Part shown: positions 37,481-50,200 of the stretch, one piece after another
How the letters are laid out: every line of letters begins with the position of its first letter
Position numbering within the stretch: position 1 is the first letter of the stretch
DNA from: Raja brachyura
Taxonomy: Eukaryota
Reading direction: 5' to 3'
Length of the DNA stretch: 64,000 bases
Assembly (NCBI GenBank): GCA_963514005.1
Contig: OY740787.1
Coordinates: forward strand, 42,594,001 to 42,658,000
Notes under the pieces: generated by a model
Told to the model about the DNA's origin: nothing
Seen by the model: only the letters and a program-made list of their open reading frames with translations
The model's database searches: none
Translations under genes and position numbers: made by a program

Positions 37481-40400
37481 TCCTGTAACTTTCAGCTCAG
37501 AAAAAAAATGCTGAAAGTGCAAACTGATAATGGTGCGGCAAAAGAAATAGTGCATCGGGGACTTGAGTGGATGGAATAACCTAAAGAGTATTTCCTTAAG
37601 CGCTGAGATTTCAGGAAGTAAACAGCAGCAAGACTGAGAAAGGAGGGGGAAGTTAAAGGGTGTAAATTCAATGTTATATTGCATGCAGAAACAGAATTGA
37701 AGGAAGTAGAAGGACTACATTGAAGGAGAGAAATAGACATAAAAGTAAGGCAAGAACTAAAACTAGACATTTTTTAAGTTTTATCATTTTTAAAGCAGTC
37801 CAAAAATATAAAAACATGAAAGAATGAGATTCCACAATGAACAATTATTATTTTTTTGCATCAGAAACACTAACTGGTAATAATTAACATCTGTTGTATC
37901 ATTAAAAGTGTATAGATTAATTTCTATGGCAAGTTTAGTTCACAACTGCTATCATAAGGCAGGAGCCTCATATAATTTCTTCAAAGATAGGAATAATCAG
38001 CAGGAATAAACCACTCGACCCCACCAAGCCTGTTCCCCGATTTAATAAAATCGTAGCTAATTCGATATATGTCAGTGATGAGGCAGACACAAGCATGCCC
38101 TTTGTGAGAACTGATGATAGACGGACAAAATCTTGAAACCAAACAGCAACACAGCCACGTGAGTTTGAGTACCATTTATGAATGAATATAGGTTTTATTG
38201 TGGCGACAAATCAAATTGTGAATGATTTTCTTCAAAATATGTTATTTTTTACTTTTCCAGAATAAATACAATTTGTAACAATAAAATCTCAGGTTGATTT
38301 TAAAAATTGAATAGAAATGTAGTTAATCTAATTTCTGCAAGAGATTTGAGGAAAATCTCAACACTTCCAACAAAAACTGGAGTTTGCAGATTGCTGCATC
38401 TTTTTAAAGTGGATTCTCAAAAGCTTTTGATCTCAGCGTTGTATGGTTTTGGGTTCACTCTGATGATTAGCTCTAATTGCCATGCCATTACGTATTTTTG
38501 GGTGGTATGATCAATGGAAATTAGTTAAATAATGCTTTTGCTAACTTTTAATTTTCCTACTGCACATTTAATTATTAGAAATTTTGCCTTTAGAATAGGA
38601 GAAGATTTGTTAATGCCACTTGATATAGAAATCTCAGTATCCGGTGGATAGTTAGATTAATTGATTCTTCATTTTATTTTAAAAGTGCTGTTTATTATCT
38701 CCTTAATTTCCAAGTCTTTATTATGCCACATTGTGAAAAACAGAACCGGCGGCCCATCTATTTATTTAAGCATTCCAGTTTTCATCTTCAGAGAACTGAG
38801 TAAAACTGTCTTATTTAAAACAGCTCCAAACATTGAGGCCATTAATTCCATTTTGATTTGTTATAGATGCAGATATTATTTGCACTCTGGTTAATTATGG
38901 AGCAATCAAACTTTGGCTCTTAACACTGTAATTTCCTCCCTTGGCAAATTTAATTAATCACCCTTGACTCTGCTCTTCTGGCAGAGATCGAGAGGTCATT
39001 AATTAGTCACATGTTGCTATTTTTCAGCCCAGCTCCTGTTGAGGACCATTGCTCTCTGATCTCCTGTGTCACACAAGCTGCTCACATCCGTCCAGTGACA
39101 TGGGGAGGTTTAATAGGAGTCACAAAATCCCCAATAGTTGTCAGTCACCTGCACAGATAGCAAATCATTCTGTCTAACCCAATATATTCCTGTGATAAGT
39201 CATTCAACTTGGTTAGGGGAATATGAAGCGTGGGTAAGATCAGTTTGATCAATGTAACTAGCTGATTGTGCTTGTCATTCCAGTGCTATTATCAGCCATG
39301 CCATTGATAAGAACAAACCACTCCGCCGCATCTTAAGTAGCTTAAACACGGCTTGACAGACAGCACAGTTAGAACATTAAAAATAATTAGATTCCATGGC
39401 CTAATTCATCTGTAAAATATTCACTGATAGAATTAGCCAGATAATTTTTTTTACATGGCTGAATAATATCCTTATGATTGGCTCATTCGCCTCTAATGAG
39501 CGACCAAATTTAGTCTCCATGTTTCATCCGAGCAGCAGAAAATCTAAATAATTCTTTCAGCAAATAGAGAATTCTGTTGACATTGTTATTTTTAATAGCT
39601 GCATTGATGGAATAAAAATGTCAAAATACACACAGCCAAGGAAAACATTTGCAGAAAGTTCAAAGTAATGACTTAGATGTGGCTGTGGGGGAGGTGAGGG
39701 AACTCTATGGCATATTAGTTTTTTTAGAAAATCCTGCTCGCATCTTTTATGCACCAAAATTGCTGTTTATGACATTTTTCCAAGGTTTAATGGATCGGGG
39801 AACACATGTAAGTTGGAAGCATTTTCATTGCAATGGGTTTGTCAGTAAAATCTTGTAACTCTACAGATTTGCCTTTTTTTATTAAGTAAGGCACAGTCAA
39901 AAGCTTGTTGCCAGTATTTTTTCAGTTCCTCATCTGGCATAGATGTTATATTAAATATTAGGTATTACTAAAACCCTGAGAAAATACAGTTTATCCCATG
40001 CTCTGTTAAGGAATGGTTCCTACTTTCTCTGCATAACCCTTTGTGTGGACAAGTGATGGAGCCCGTATTTCCTCAGCCATTTTGAATATCATCGGACTAT
40101 GTTGTAAGGTGCCCCAAGTTTTAAACAGAGGAGTATTTTAACTTTGAGTCTTATCAAAAATATGCTTTACTTGTACCTGCACACCTGTGTTAAAATTGTG
40201 TTGCGCAATACGAGTAAACAATATAATTTTTTGAATGTTACGTTCTTCATCTGCATTAAAGTCTAAAATGACATTTAACATACTAATGTTATATGATATA
40301 CTATTAATTTAGGTGTGAATACTATTTGCAACCAAGAGCTATGTAATTAAAAAAATCTAAGCTCCCATTCTTCCTCTTAATAATTTTTCCCATTCCTTCA

Positions 40401-40574
40401 CCCCCGCTCCCCTAATAGGTGCTAATTGGGGATGAGCATTACATGCTCAGTCATACGTGCAGTACTTGCCCCTGAATCACCACAGTGTTCATTATCATGT
40501 GTAAACTTCTATCATGTCTACATGATATTCCACTACACAAGGCATCATGACTGAGCCCAATGTCCTTTCATGCT

Positions 40575-40634
40575 TGTGTAGGAAGGAACTGCAGATGCTG
40601 TTTTAAACCGAAGATAGACACAAAATGCTGGAGT
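40575..40634 (-). mobile_element. Short PLE-tail insertion
   Basis: GTAGGAAGGAACTGCAGATGCTG...GAAGATAGACACAAAATGCTGGAG, flanked by a TTCATGC repeat. Confidence 0.7.
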
Positions 40635-40914
40635 TCATGCGTACTGGGTTTTTTAGGCAAATTTCACAAATGTCACCACTGGCTTAGGTGGTAGCACTTT
40701 TAAGGATTCAAGCCACGAGACTTGAGCACAAAATGCAGTTGACATTACTGGTGCAGAGTAAGTGGTGAGAAATTTTGGAGGAAATGGTAACTGGAATCCC
40801 TATTTGCTCTCTCAGGTGAAGGTAAATGACACTATCTTCATTCAGAATTAACACATTCTCCCATGTACCCAATATCCTGGACAATAAATAGCCCTCAATT
40901 AACATCAAATAAAG

Positions 40915-41720
40915 CTTGCTCTGCACATCTCTTTAAAGTTTGATCCTCTTACCTTAAAGCTATGCCCTTTTGCCTTTGACAATCCCATCCTGGGAAAATG
41001 ATTTTGACTGTCTACCCTACCTATGCCTCTCATAATTTTAAATACTTCTATCAGGTCTCCCCTCAGCCACTGATACTTGAGAAAAACCAATCCAAGTTTG
41101 TGCAACCTTTCCTTAGAATGGCACGGTTGCATAACGGTAGACTTGCTGCCTTACAACACCGGAGAACCGGGTGCTGTCTGTATGGAGTTAGTAGTTTTTC
41201 CCTGTGACTGCGTGGGTTTTCTCCAGGTGCTCAGGTTTTCTACCACATTCCAGACATACAGGTTTGTAGGTTAATTTTCTTTGGTAAAATTGTAAATTGT
41301 CCCTAGTGTGTTGCCTATTGCTGGTGTATAGGGTGATTACTGGTTGGCTCAGTGGGCCTGTTTCCCTGCTGTTTCTTTGAAGTCTAAAAGTCTAAACGAA
41401 TACCTTCTAACCCAGGCAGCATTCTGGTATACCTCTTCTGCAACTTCTCCAAATCCTCCACATCCTTCCTGTAATTGGGCGACTAGAGATGTGCGCAAGG
41501 CTCCAAATGTGGCCTAACCAAAGTCCTATAAAGCTGCATTATGACATCCTGACTCTTCTATCAATGCTCTTTTTAATGGAGGCAAGCATACCATATATCT
41601 TCTTTACCATTCCATCTACTCGTTTGCCACTTTTAGGGAGTTATAGACTTGGATCCCAAGTCTTTCTGTGCATTAATGCTGTTAAGGGTCTTGCCATTAA
41701 CTGTATACTTTCCACTTACA
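40915..41720 (-). mobile_element. CR1 3' fragment interrupted by a plus-strand HE1 SINE (about 41119-41395)
   Basis: LRGDLIEVFKIMRGI peptide; SINE head GGCACGGTTGCATAACGGTAGA and tail GGCCTGTTTCC...GTCTAAA. Confidence 0.8.
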
Positions 41721-42924
41721 TGTCATTGGCTGTAAAGGGCCTTGAGATGTGCTGGGATTGTGAATGCAAGTCTCTCATTTTATCTGCTGAATAAGAGTGG
41801 CATCAGATTTTTTTTGTATTAAATTTAAATCCTCTCCAGTGCTTGAACACTGAATTATAGTCCCCCAGTGGCATCGCAGTATAGCTACCTATCACTACCT
41901 ATCAACCTTTCTGCCGTGTATAAGCCTTAAATTCACTCTTCTGTCAAAGTGAGGGGGGGATCTAAGATTGAATTAACTTCCCCGTGTATTTGGATTTGTA
42001 GCCCAACTCTCTGCCAAGCTGTCGGTCCAGCAATAAAACGAGTACTTTTACTGGAGAGTGTGGGGAAGAAAAGGATGACTTATCTGCATATATCCTCAGA
42101 TTCATTCTAATGCCTTTTTTGACATAATTGAAATCTATTTAAGGAATTTAGGTCCAATTCTGTCTGACAGTGATTGGCAAGTGACTTCAAATGATATACA
42201 AGCTTTCAGGTTCCCTTGATCTTTTCCTTATAAGCTTGCTTGTTTGGGCTGCCTTCAAAGAAGTGGTGTCTAGGAGGGGAGGGGGTTAGGGTGGGTGAAG
42301 GTTGGGGTGGGGTGAGGGAGCGTTTCCGTTTCCTCGGTGCATGGGAACAGCTGGTGATTACCTTACAGCCAACAAACCAAACAGCAAAAGGTTGGTAAAC
42401 ACTTGGCAGGTTTTTGGGAAAAGGGGAGGACAGCAAACTCAGGAAGCTGAATTCTGAGCAAACAGTCCACACAAAGGGAGCACAGCAGCAACAGAATGCC
42501 ACACACTCCCCCTGAATAGCCCCAAGAAAAGACTGAAAAGACCAGGCCTTGCTTGCAGCTGGGAATCCAATAAATTGTTTCAGGAAGTGAGTCCATCCAG
42601 GCTAATAGGGCAGTGATTGACAGTTGTTTCTCATTACAATTTCATCGGAAAAAGGTGCATTCTGATGTTATTAGGGAGTTCCGATAGGAATAAGACGCAG
42701 ATGATGCCTCTGGGTCAGGAAGTGCTCTTTGGACAGGGACTTGTTTAAATCTTTGGGTGCTGAACATTAATACAAGTGCATCAACAAGGATGCAAAGCAT
42801 GAAAGAGAGGTAGTTTTGATTCACCAGTTGGTATGCTCCTAAACCAGACCTGTCCCCAGTTTAACCACAGAGCTCAGCTAGCAATGTACTGGATAGCAAC
42901 TTGTAAGTTGATTCATATTTAGAA

Positions 42925-43320
42925 GGACGTGCATTCCTATCATGGCTTTCATAATCTCCGAGTTTCACTAAGAGCTTCCTAGCCACCAAAGTGCTATTGT
43001 AGGAAGTGTGGCAGCCAGTGGCTGCACAATACTTGTTCAAACAGCTCTGAGGTAAATTACTAAATAATCAATCTTTACTAATGTTGATGGGATCATAAGT
43101 ATTAAACTGCACATGGGGAATTTCCACATCTCTTGTTTAAAATTGTGCTATGGAATCTTTTTCACCAGAGAAGGCATGAGTGGGCGAAGTTTAATTTATT
43201 TTCTGAAGACTGTACCTCTGAGTCGAGGCACGCTTTTAGCACTGGTACAGAATTATCAGCCTTGAAGCAAGAGAGAAGACCACAACTTTCTGACTCGGAT
43301 AAAAGTTCTTCTAATACCAA
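42925..43320 (-). mobile_element. Old Deu-domain SINE remnant
   Basis: Degenerate match to the same family as 26495-27560 (GTGCTATGGAATCTTTT..CAC, TTCTGACTC). Confidence 0.45.
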
Positions 43321-43429
43321 CCGATTTGTTTAGGCACTAATTGTAAAGTTTGACTATTTGAGAAGCAAGTGCTCTGTAAATTACCCGGAGATTTGTTTAT
43401 AGACAGATATTTATCTGAAACAGGACATA

Positions 43430-43503
43430 CAAGCCTCTAAATCTACTCATTCTACATTAATCTAATTTTTAATTCTCCACATTATCATCAAATCACCACC
43501 CCC

Positions 43504-43541
<38 letters not shown>

Positions 43542-43775
43542 CCACAGATGTTCCCACTCACCCCCACACAAGAGACAATTTACAACAGTCAATTAACCTG
43601 CCCTACCAGCCATCTTTTCTTTGAGATGTGGGAGAAAACCAGGGCACCCAGAGGAAACCCACACTGTCACTGGAAGAGCATTCAAATTCGACACAGACAG
43701 CACCGAAGTTCAGAAATGAACCCAGGTGCCTGGTGCAATGAGGTAGTGGCTGCACTGACTGTGCTACTGTGCCAC
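43430..43775 (-). mobile_element. HE1-type SINE containing a poly-C tract
   Basis: CAATTAACCT core, GGAAACCCACAC..GTCAC, CACAGACAGCACC. Confidence 0.65.
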
Positions 43776-46162
43776 AAATTGGCTTTGCTCAAAGAGGGCT
43801 AAATAAGTGCTTAGATGGGCATTTTGCTCAGTACGGACGCATTGGGCTGTTTCTATGCTGTATAACTCTTTACATGCACGCTCTCAACACGAATGCAAAA
43901 CACAGAAGTTGGCAAACAGCTTCTGAAAAACTAGCAAAGATCCTAAAATGCTTCCATAAAAATAACCGTTGAATATCCTGAATGGAGCTGAAAATCCAGT
44001 TCTTAGCAAAAGCTAAGGCCCACGGAAGACGTAGAAGGTGAGCTGGCAGCCAACTGTATAGCTCTGGCTAAGGTAAGAGGAAGGATTTTTAAAGGGGATC
44101 TGAGGAGAATTTTTTTAATTTAAACACAGAGAATAATATCTGGAATGTGCTGCCAGAGGAGGTGGTGGAATCAGATACAATCTCTACTTTTAAGAGACTT
44201 TTAGACAGGCACTTAAATAGGTACGGCATAGATGGATACAAACCTAATGTAGACAGCTGGATTAGGGTGGATGGGGGGGGGAAGGTCAGTATGGCCTGTT
44301 TCTGTTCTATTCAACTTTTGTAAACCATGCTCTTTGGAAAATGTGCAATGCTATTAGTACCTTTCATGATTATATCTGTCCATACTTGCTCTTTCTTGGT
44401 CACTGTGCCCCTTGTACTGAGTACAACTTCTGCATTTATCTTTAACTGCTAATAGTATTCCCCAGTCACAATCTGCATTAAATTCTCCCTCCCTGTTCCA
44501 CCTTCCAGTTTCAGAAATGGCCTCTGCACCCACTGTGCTTTTTAAAAACTGTTGTCCTTTCCTTCACATGGAAGATGGTGTCCACAACACAAGGGACACC
44601 TCAGCAGGGAGAAATTGGTACTTTTCTTATCATTACCACGTATTACATGTTGAACACTAACAACTAAAATAAATTCTTAATGATGGCATTTGTCTGGCCC
44701 AAGAATGTATGTAGCAGCTTGGAACTCATTAGTCGCTGTGCCAGACATAGTTTCATTACTAGAAGAAAAATGTTCATCTTGGGAGCACAGCCATCATTTT
44801 GCTCATTTCACATTGTGGAAGAGCTAACACTGGGAAGACTGGGGAAGTGAGAATTGTTTTCCTTGGAGCAGAGAAGCTTAAGGGTAGACTTCATTCCATT
44901 GTTTAAAATGATGATGCTTTTCGGTGGAGTGAAGAAAGAGAAATTTCAGGAGAAGAGTCTGTTACCACAGTACAGTAACTGGGATTGATGAGAATATTTT
45001 TTAATATAGTGAAATACTATGTACATTACACTACATGGAAGCCTGGTAGGAGTATGTTCAATAGGAGCACGTTCCAAAAGGGAAGAGCCCAAGAATGTGG
45101 AAAGGAGAAATTTGCAGTTTCTCAAGGAAAAACTAAGGAAATTGATCTGGACTTATTGGATGATACTTTCCAGCCATGAACAACACCTCATTTTATGCTG
45201 GATGCCCCTAAAGTACGGAGTGATAGTCATACAATCGTAAAGTATGGTAACAGGCCCTCAACCCAGTGAGTCCATGTTTGGAACTTAACTGTTCACTGTC
45301 AAGATTCTCTGTTCAAAGGGCCTGGAGCAGGCAAAATAGTGTCAAGCATTGTGATATTAATTTCTTGAACTCAATCTTTTGTACTGGTGATAAGCTTACA
45401 ACTCTGCTTCTCAATCAGTGGAGATACTAATAGCATGGCCATACCAGCAATCTCCCTCAGTGTGAGCAAGCTGTCTTTCTGTTTTCTCCCCCAATTCCAC
45501 TTCCCACCAAAGGGTAAGGATTTAAATTGACTGACCACACATCAACATTTTTTAATGCAGTGAGGCAGATATTTTGCCAGCTTTGGTGCAATCCATATTG
45601 ATGTTTGGCCACATGCATTTAAAACACGTGAAAAGGGCAGAACCTTTGTGGAATCTTTCTTCTGGATAATACAGCACAGGGGGAGGCCATTCAGTTTATT
45701 GTGCTCATGTGGTTCTTTGAAAGAGTTTTCCAATTAGTCTCACTGCCCCATGATCTCCCAATAGGCATGCAAACGTTTTCCTTTCAAGCAATTGTCCAAT
45801 TCTCTTTTGAGAAAAAGATGCATTTTCCTTCTCGTTTTCACTTGAGGATTGAGGGTTTGTGAAAATGTCACAGAAACGGATGAGTTTCGAGGAAGATTCT
45901 AATGGGGGGTGGAGATAAATGGTGCCAGGGAGGAAATGATTATTCTTGCGACTACAACAGCTTGCATTTATAAAGCACCGCTACCATTGTAAAATATGCT
46001 AACACACTAGAGAACAGGTTAACCAGACTGAAATAAGCCTTGTAAAGAAGAACAAAAGAAAACCAGAGACACACAAGAGCGTTGAATTGGAGGCACAGTC
46101 ATTGGCACAGGGCAAGAGGACAATGTTCTGCATTTAAAGCTGTAGCAACAGGGCAGTTCATT

Positions 46163-46495
46163 AGCACCGTGGGTAGAACTGCTGCCTCACAGCTCCAGAG
46201 ACCTGGCTGAATGTTGACCTCAAGCTTTGAGTGTGTGGTGTTTGCATGTTCTCTCGGTGACTACGTGGGTTTCCCCCAGATGTTTTGGTTTCCACCCACA
46301 TCCCAAACATGTGCAGGTTGGTAGGTTAATTGGCCACTGCAAATTGACCCCAGTGTGCAGGTACGCGATAGAATCTTGTGGGGAATTGAGGGGAATGTGA
46401 AGAGAATAAAATGGGATTTGTATAAATGGGTGTTTCATGGCAAGTCTGGTCTTGCTGGGCCGAAAAGCTTGTTTTCAAGCAGTATGATTTTATGA
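46163..46495 (+). mobile_element. HE1-type SINE
   Basis: GGTAGAACTGCTGCCTCACAGCTCCAGAGACC head and GTAGGTTAATTGGCCACTG core. Confidence 0.8.
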
Positions 46496-46554
46496 CTCCT
46501 AACATTATGGAGGATGTTAAAGCTGGGAAATCTTGGAATGTAATGCATGGTTGT

Positions 46555-46920
46555 ACTAAGTCATGATGCAGCTTTATAGGACGTTGATTAAGCCTCATTC
46601 AGAGTATTGTGTGTAGTTCTCGTCGCCCCATTACTGGAAGGATGTGGAGGCTTTGAAAAAGGTGCAGATGAGGTTTTGCAGAATGGTGCCTGGATTAGGA
46701 CCTATTAACTACAGGGAGAGACGTTGGACAGACTTGGAATAGTTTCAGCAGAACACCAGAGATTGTGGGGTTATCTGATAGAAGTATATAAACATATGAG
46801 AGGCAGGGAATGGAGGGATATAGATTATATGCAGGTATATAAGAGATAGTCTTAGCATCATGTTCAGCACATACATTGTGGGCTGAAGGACTTGTTCTTG
46901 TGCTGTCCTATTCTAAGTTT
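46555..46920 (+). mobile_element. CR1 3' fragment (internally deleted)
   Basis: GAGTATTGTGTGTAGTTCT..GAAGGATGTGGAGGCTTTG and GGGCTGAAGG tail. Confidence 0.7.
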
Positions 46921-47839
46921 GTACAGTGAAAATGAGTTAAGCACTGGCAAAGTTAAACCATGAAGTATTTAAATTCAGTTGCTTAGAAGTGAGACCTAGT
47001 GGGGGTAATGGAAGCTGGTGTTAGGGCAACCAATGATAAAATATGTGTGGAGATAAGGATGGTCAGTGGTTGCAAGTTTCACACAATGATGCAGTGTCTC
47101 AGAAGAAGCTGTCTCCATAAAGGATGACGAGAGAAACCTGGAGCATTTTTTGGAGTGAAACAAGGCACTCATTGGGAGAACAATTTGGGAAGCTTGCCTG
47201 AGGGGCCAGGAAGGACGATAAGAGCTGTTGCCACAGTTTTTGCGAAGCCAGATGACGACATCGCAAAGGAGGATGAGTGAACAATGTCATTGTCCTCACC
47301 CAAGTCAATGTCCCTACCACTTGGGCCTCAGTTACTCATTTTCATTTGGACATCAAGTCATCAGTATTTGTAGGATGTAGCTCTGCGCGTTATTGTCCCT
47401 TCAACAAAAGTGTAGAATTTTATGGTGTGTTGGGTGTGAAAAAGATAATATAAATGCAATTTACTTATTTTGCATTGAAATTAGACATGATTTTTTTAAT
47501 ATTGTATGATAGCAAATATGATTAAACATCAAAGAGCACGCAATTAAATGAGATCCACGAGGGAAGCCGCATGGATTAAATTATTGAATAAATGTCAGAA
47601 ATATCACCAGTCCCTATAACAATAATTAATAATGGACATTTACAATGTGCATGTAGGTCCATTGAGAAGATTGTGACTATAGAATGCATCAATGCAGTAG
47701 TATTTGTTCTACTTTAATTACTGAACCAATGGTTAACTGCAAGCACTGGAAATAAGAAGGAATGACTGAGATCATGCCAGGAATCTTCCCAATTAGTGGG
47801 ACATGAGAACCTGAGAAGAATATTAAACCGATACATAAA

Positions 47840-48165
47840 CAGTGGTGCAGCAAGTAGAGCTGCTGCTTACAGCTCTTGGGACTATGTTCAGTCCTGAGCT
47901 ACGGCAGTCTGTGCGACGTGTACACATTATTTCTGCGGCTGTTCTGGTTTCTTCCCACATCCCAAGGAGGTGCAGGTTGGTGGGTAAATTGGCCACTGTA
48001 AGTTTCCCCTATTTCTGTGGGTGGGTGGTAGAATCTGGGGAGGCTGGGGCATTGAATGGAATGGAGGTGCAGATTGCTAGAGTAGGATAGGACTGGAGCA
48101 AAAAAAGGGTGCTGGACAGGTGGAATGGACTCAACGGCCTGGTTCTGTGCTGTATCTCTTTGATT
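47840..48165 (+). mobile_element. HE1-type SINE
   Basis: GTGGTGCAGCAAGTAGAGCTGCTGC head and CCCACATCCCAA core. Confidence 0.7.
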
Positions 48166-49239
48166 CAAGTAAGCATAAAATGGATTTGATGGTAATAAGA
48201 ACTAATAAAGGTTGGGAATGTTGTTGCACAGACATAACAGTGTGCATTTATTATACCATTTACTTAGTACAGCGCCTTTCAACTTTAGCTCTGTTTCAAA
48301 TGTTAGCTCTGTTTCTCTTCTCACAGAAACAGCCACATTACCGGCATAATCTGTTTTTATATTAGATTTCTAGCGTCTGCGGGTTTTTTAAATTTTCCAG
48401 CGGAATGCAAAGAAAAAACTTAAAATGGAGGATACTTACAGGGCTGTGGGGATAGATCAGAGAAATGGGACCGTCATAATGGTGATTACACATTAAAAGT
48501 ACTTAATTGGCTGTAAATCGCTTGAGGCTCTCCAGACTTTAAGAAAGGCGCTGTATAAATGCAGGTATTTTTCTGTTTAACTCTAAATAGTAAGCATTGT
48601 CAAAAGGCTGATTGAGGCACCTGCAGCAGGAATGTCCCTGCCGGTGCAGTAAGGCTATATAATCTTGCAAAGGTGGCACTAGGAATGAACCAGGAGAAAT
48701 GAGGAAAACCCCATGCTAAGCTGCTTTGGTTGAGAAATAGTCTGGGAGCCTCACACGGCAAGTGCGACCTCAGTCACATTATTCAAAAGAGTAACTGGAA
48801 GGGACAGAATTATGATTCAGCGGGGAATAGAGGGATGCAGGAGAAGAAGCGAGTGGAACCTAGTCCCTGAGCTTAAGCTGCTGGCCAGATTAGGTGGGTA
48901 ACATGACAGCTGGAAAAGGCTGCAGCCTAGGGGTTGTCACACATACAGGCAGCTGAAAGCGGAATATATGAGTAAGCCACTGCAATGAGGCCCCATTGGG
49001 GTGGCATCTGGCCTATTACCATGTGTACATGTGCAAATGTTAATTTCCCATAAACGACTGCACGTCCACTTATTTTGATTGAATGCCTATATCAAGCTTG
49101 CTTGCAAGGGCGAGGGAAAGAGGTCAGAAATGCATTATAATGTCTGGGCTTAGACATTTGTATTCTGTTTCTCACTGTATTGTACACAGTCCTGCATGTC
49201 CGTCTGGATGGAAAGCCCCAGTTGATTACAATGCCACCA

Positions 49240-50200
49240 ACTCAAGTAGATAGAGTGGTAAAGAAGGTGCATGGCATGCTTGCCTTCATTGATCAGAGCA
49301 TTGCGTATAAGTCAGGAAGTCATGTTGCAGCTTTATAGTCCTTTATTAGGCCGCATTTGGAGTGCTGTGTGCAGTTCTGGTCTCCACGTTACAAGAAGGA
49401 TATGAAATCTTCGGAGAGGGTGCTGAAGAGTTCAACACAATGCTTCCTGAATTGAGGGTATTAGCTATAAGGAGATGTTGGATAAAGTTTGATTGTTTTC
49501 GCTGGCATGTCAGAGGCTCGAGGGAGACCTGAAAGAAATTTATAAAATTATGAGAAGCATAGTTTGGGTAGACAGTCAGAACCTTTTTCCCCAGAGTGGA
49601 AATATCAAAAACTGGAGGGCATAGCTTTGTGAGAGGGGCAAAATGTAAGGGGCATGTGTGGGTTAATTTTTTTTTAACATATGGAGTGGTGGGTGTCTGG
49701 AACGCGCTGCTGGGGGTGATGGTGGAGGCCGATACAATAGTGGCAAACAAAAGGCTTTTAGATTGGCACATAGATTTGCAAGGGTGTGGATCACATGAAG
49801 GTAGAGGAGTTTAACTAGGTATCATATTCAATGTGGACATTGTGGGCTGAAGGGCCTGTATAATTCTATGTTCTATCTCGGACTGTATGTCCACCCAGAA
49901 AGCTCTGTGCAAGTCCGGCTCTGGTTTATCCCAGCAAAATGCAATACTTCACATTTATCTGAATTAAACTCCACTTGCCCTTCCTTGGCCATTGGTGCAA
50001 ATGATCAAGATACAGTTGTATTGTGGGATGACCTTCTTCGTTGCCCACCATACCACAAATTTTACTCTCATCCACAAACGTGCTAACCATGCCACCTACA
50101 TTCACATCTAAACAGTTAATATAAATAACAAACAACAGTAGGTCCAGCACCGATCCCTGTGGCACAGTACCTGTTGCCTGCCTCCAGTCTGAAAAATTAC
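49240..50200. mobile_element. Two CR1 fragments: plus strand about 49240-49875, minus strand about 49925-50200
   Basis: Plus: RVVKKVHGMLAFI, VGVWNALLG. Minus: VPQGSVLDLLLFVIYINCLD (RT motif B). Confidence 0.8.

Noticed and set aside
43498-43540. Long poly-C tract (also 13560-13582, 19478-19492, 27682-27715, 35137-35152, 56862-56880)
   Set aside because: Homopolymer expansions, often inside repeats; lengths are unreliable and there is no evidence of function.
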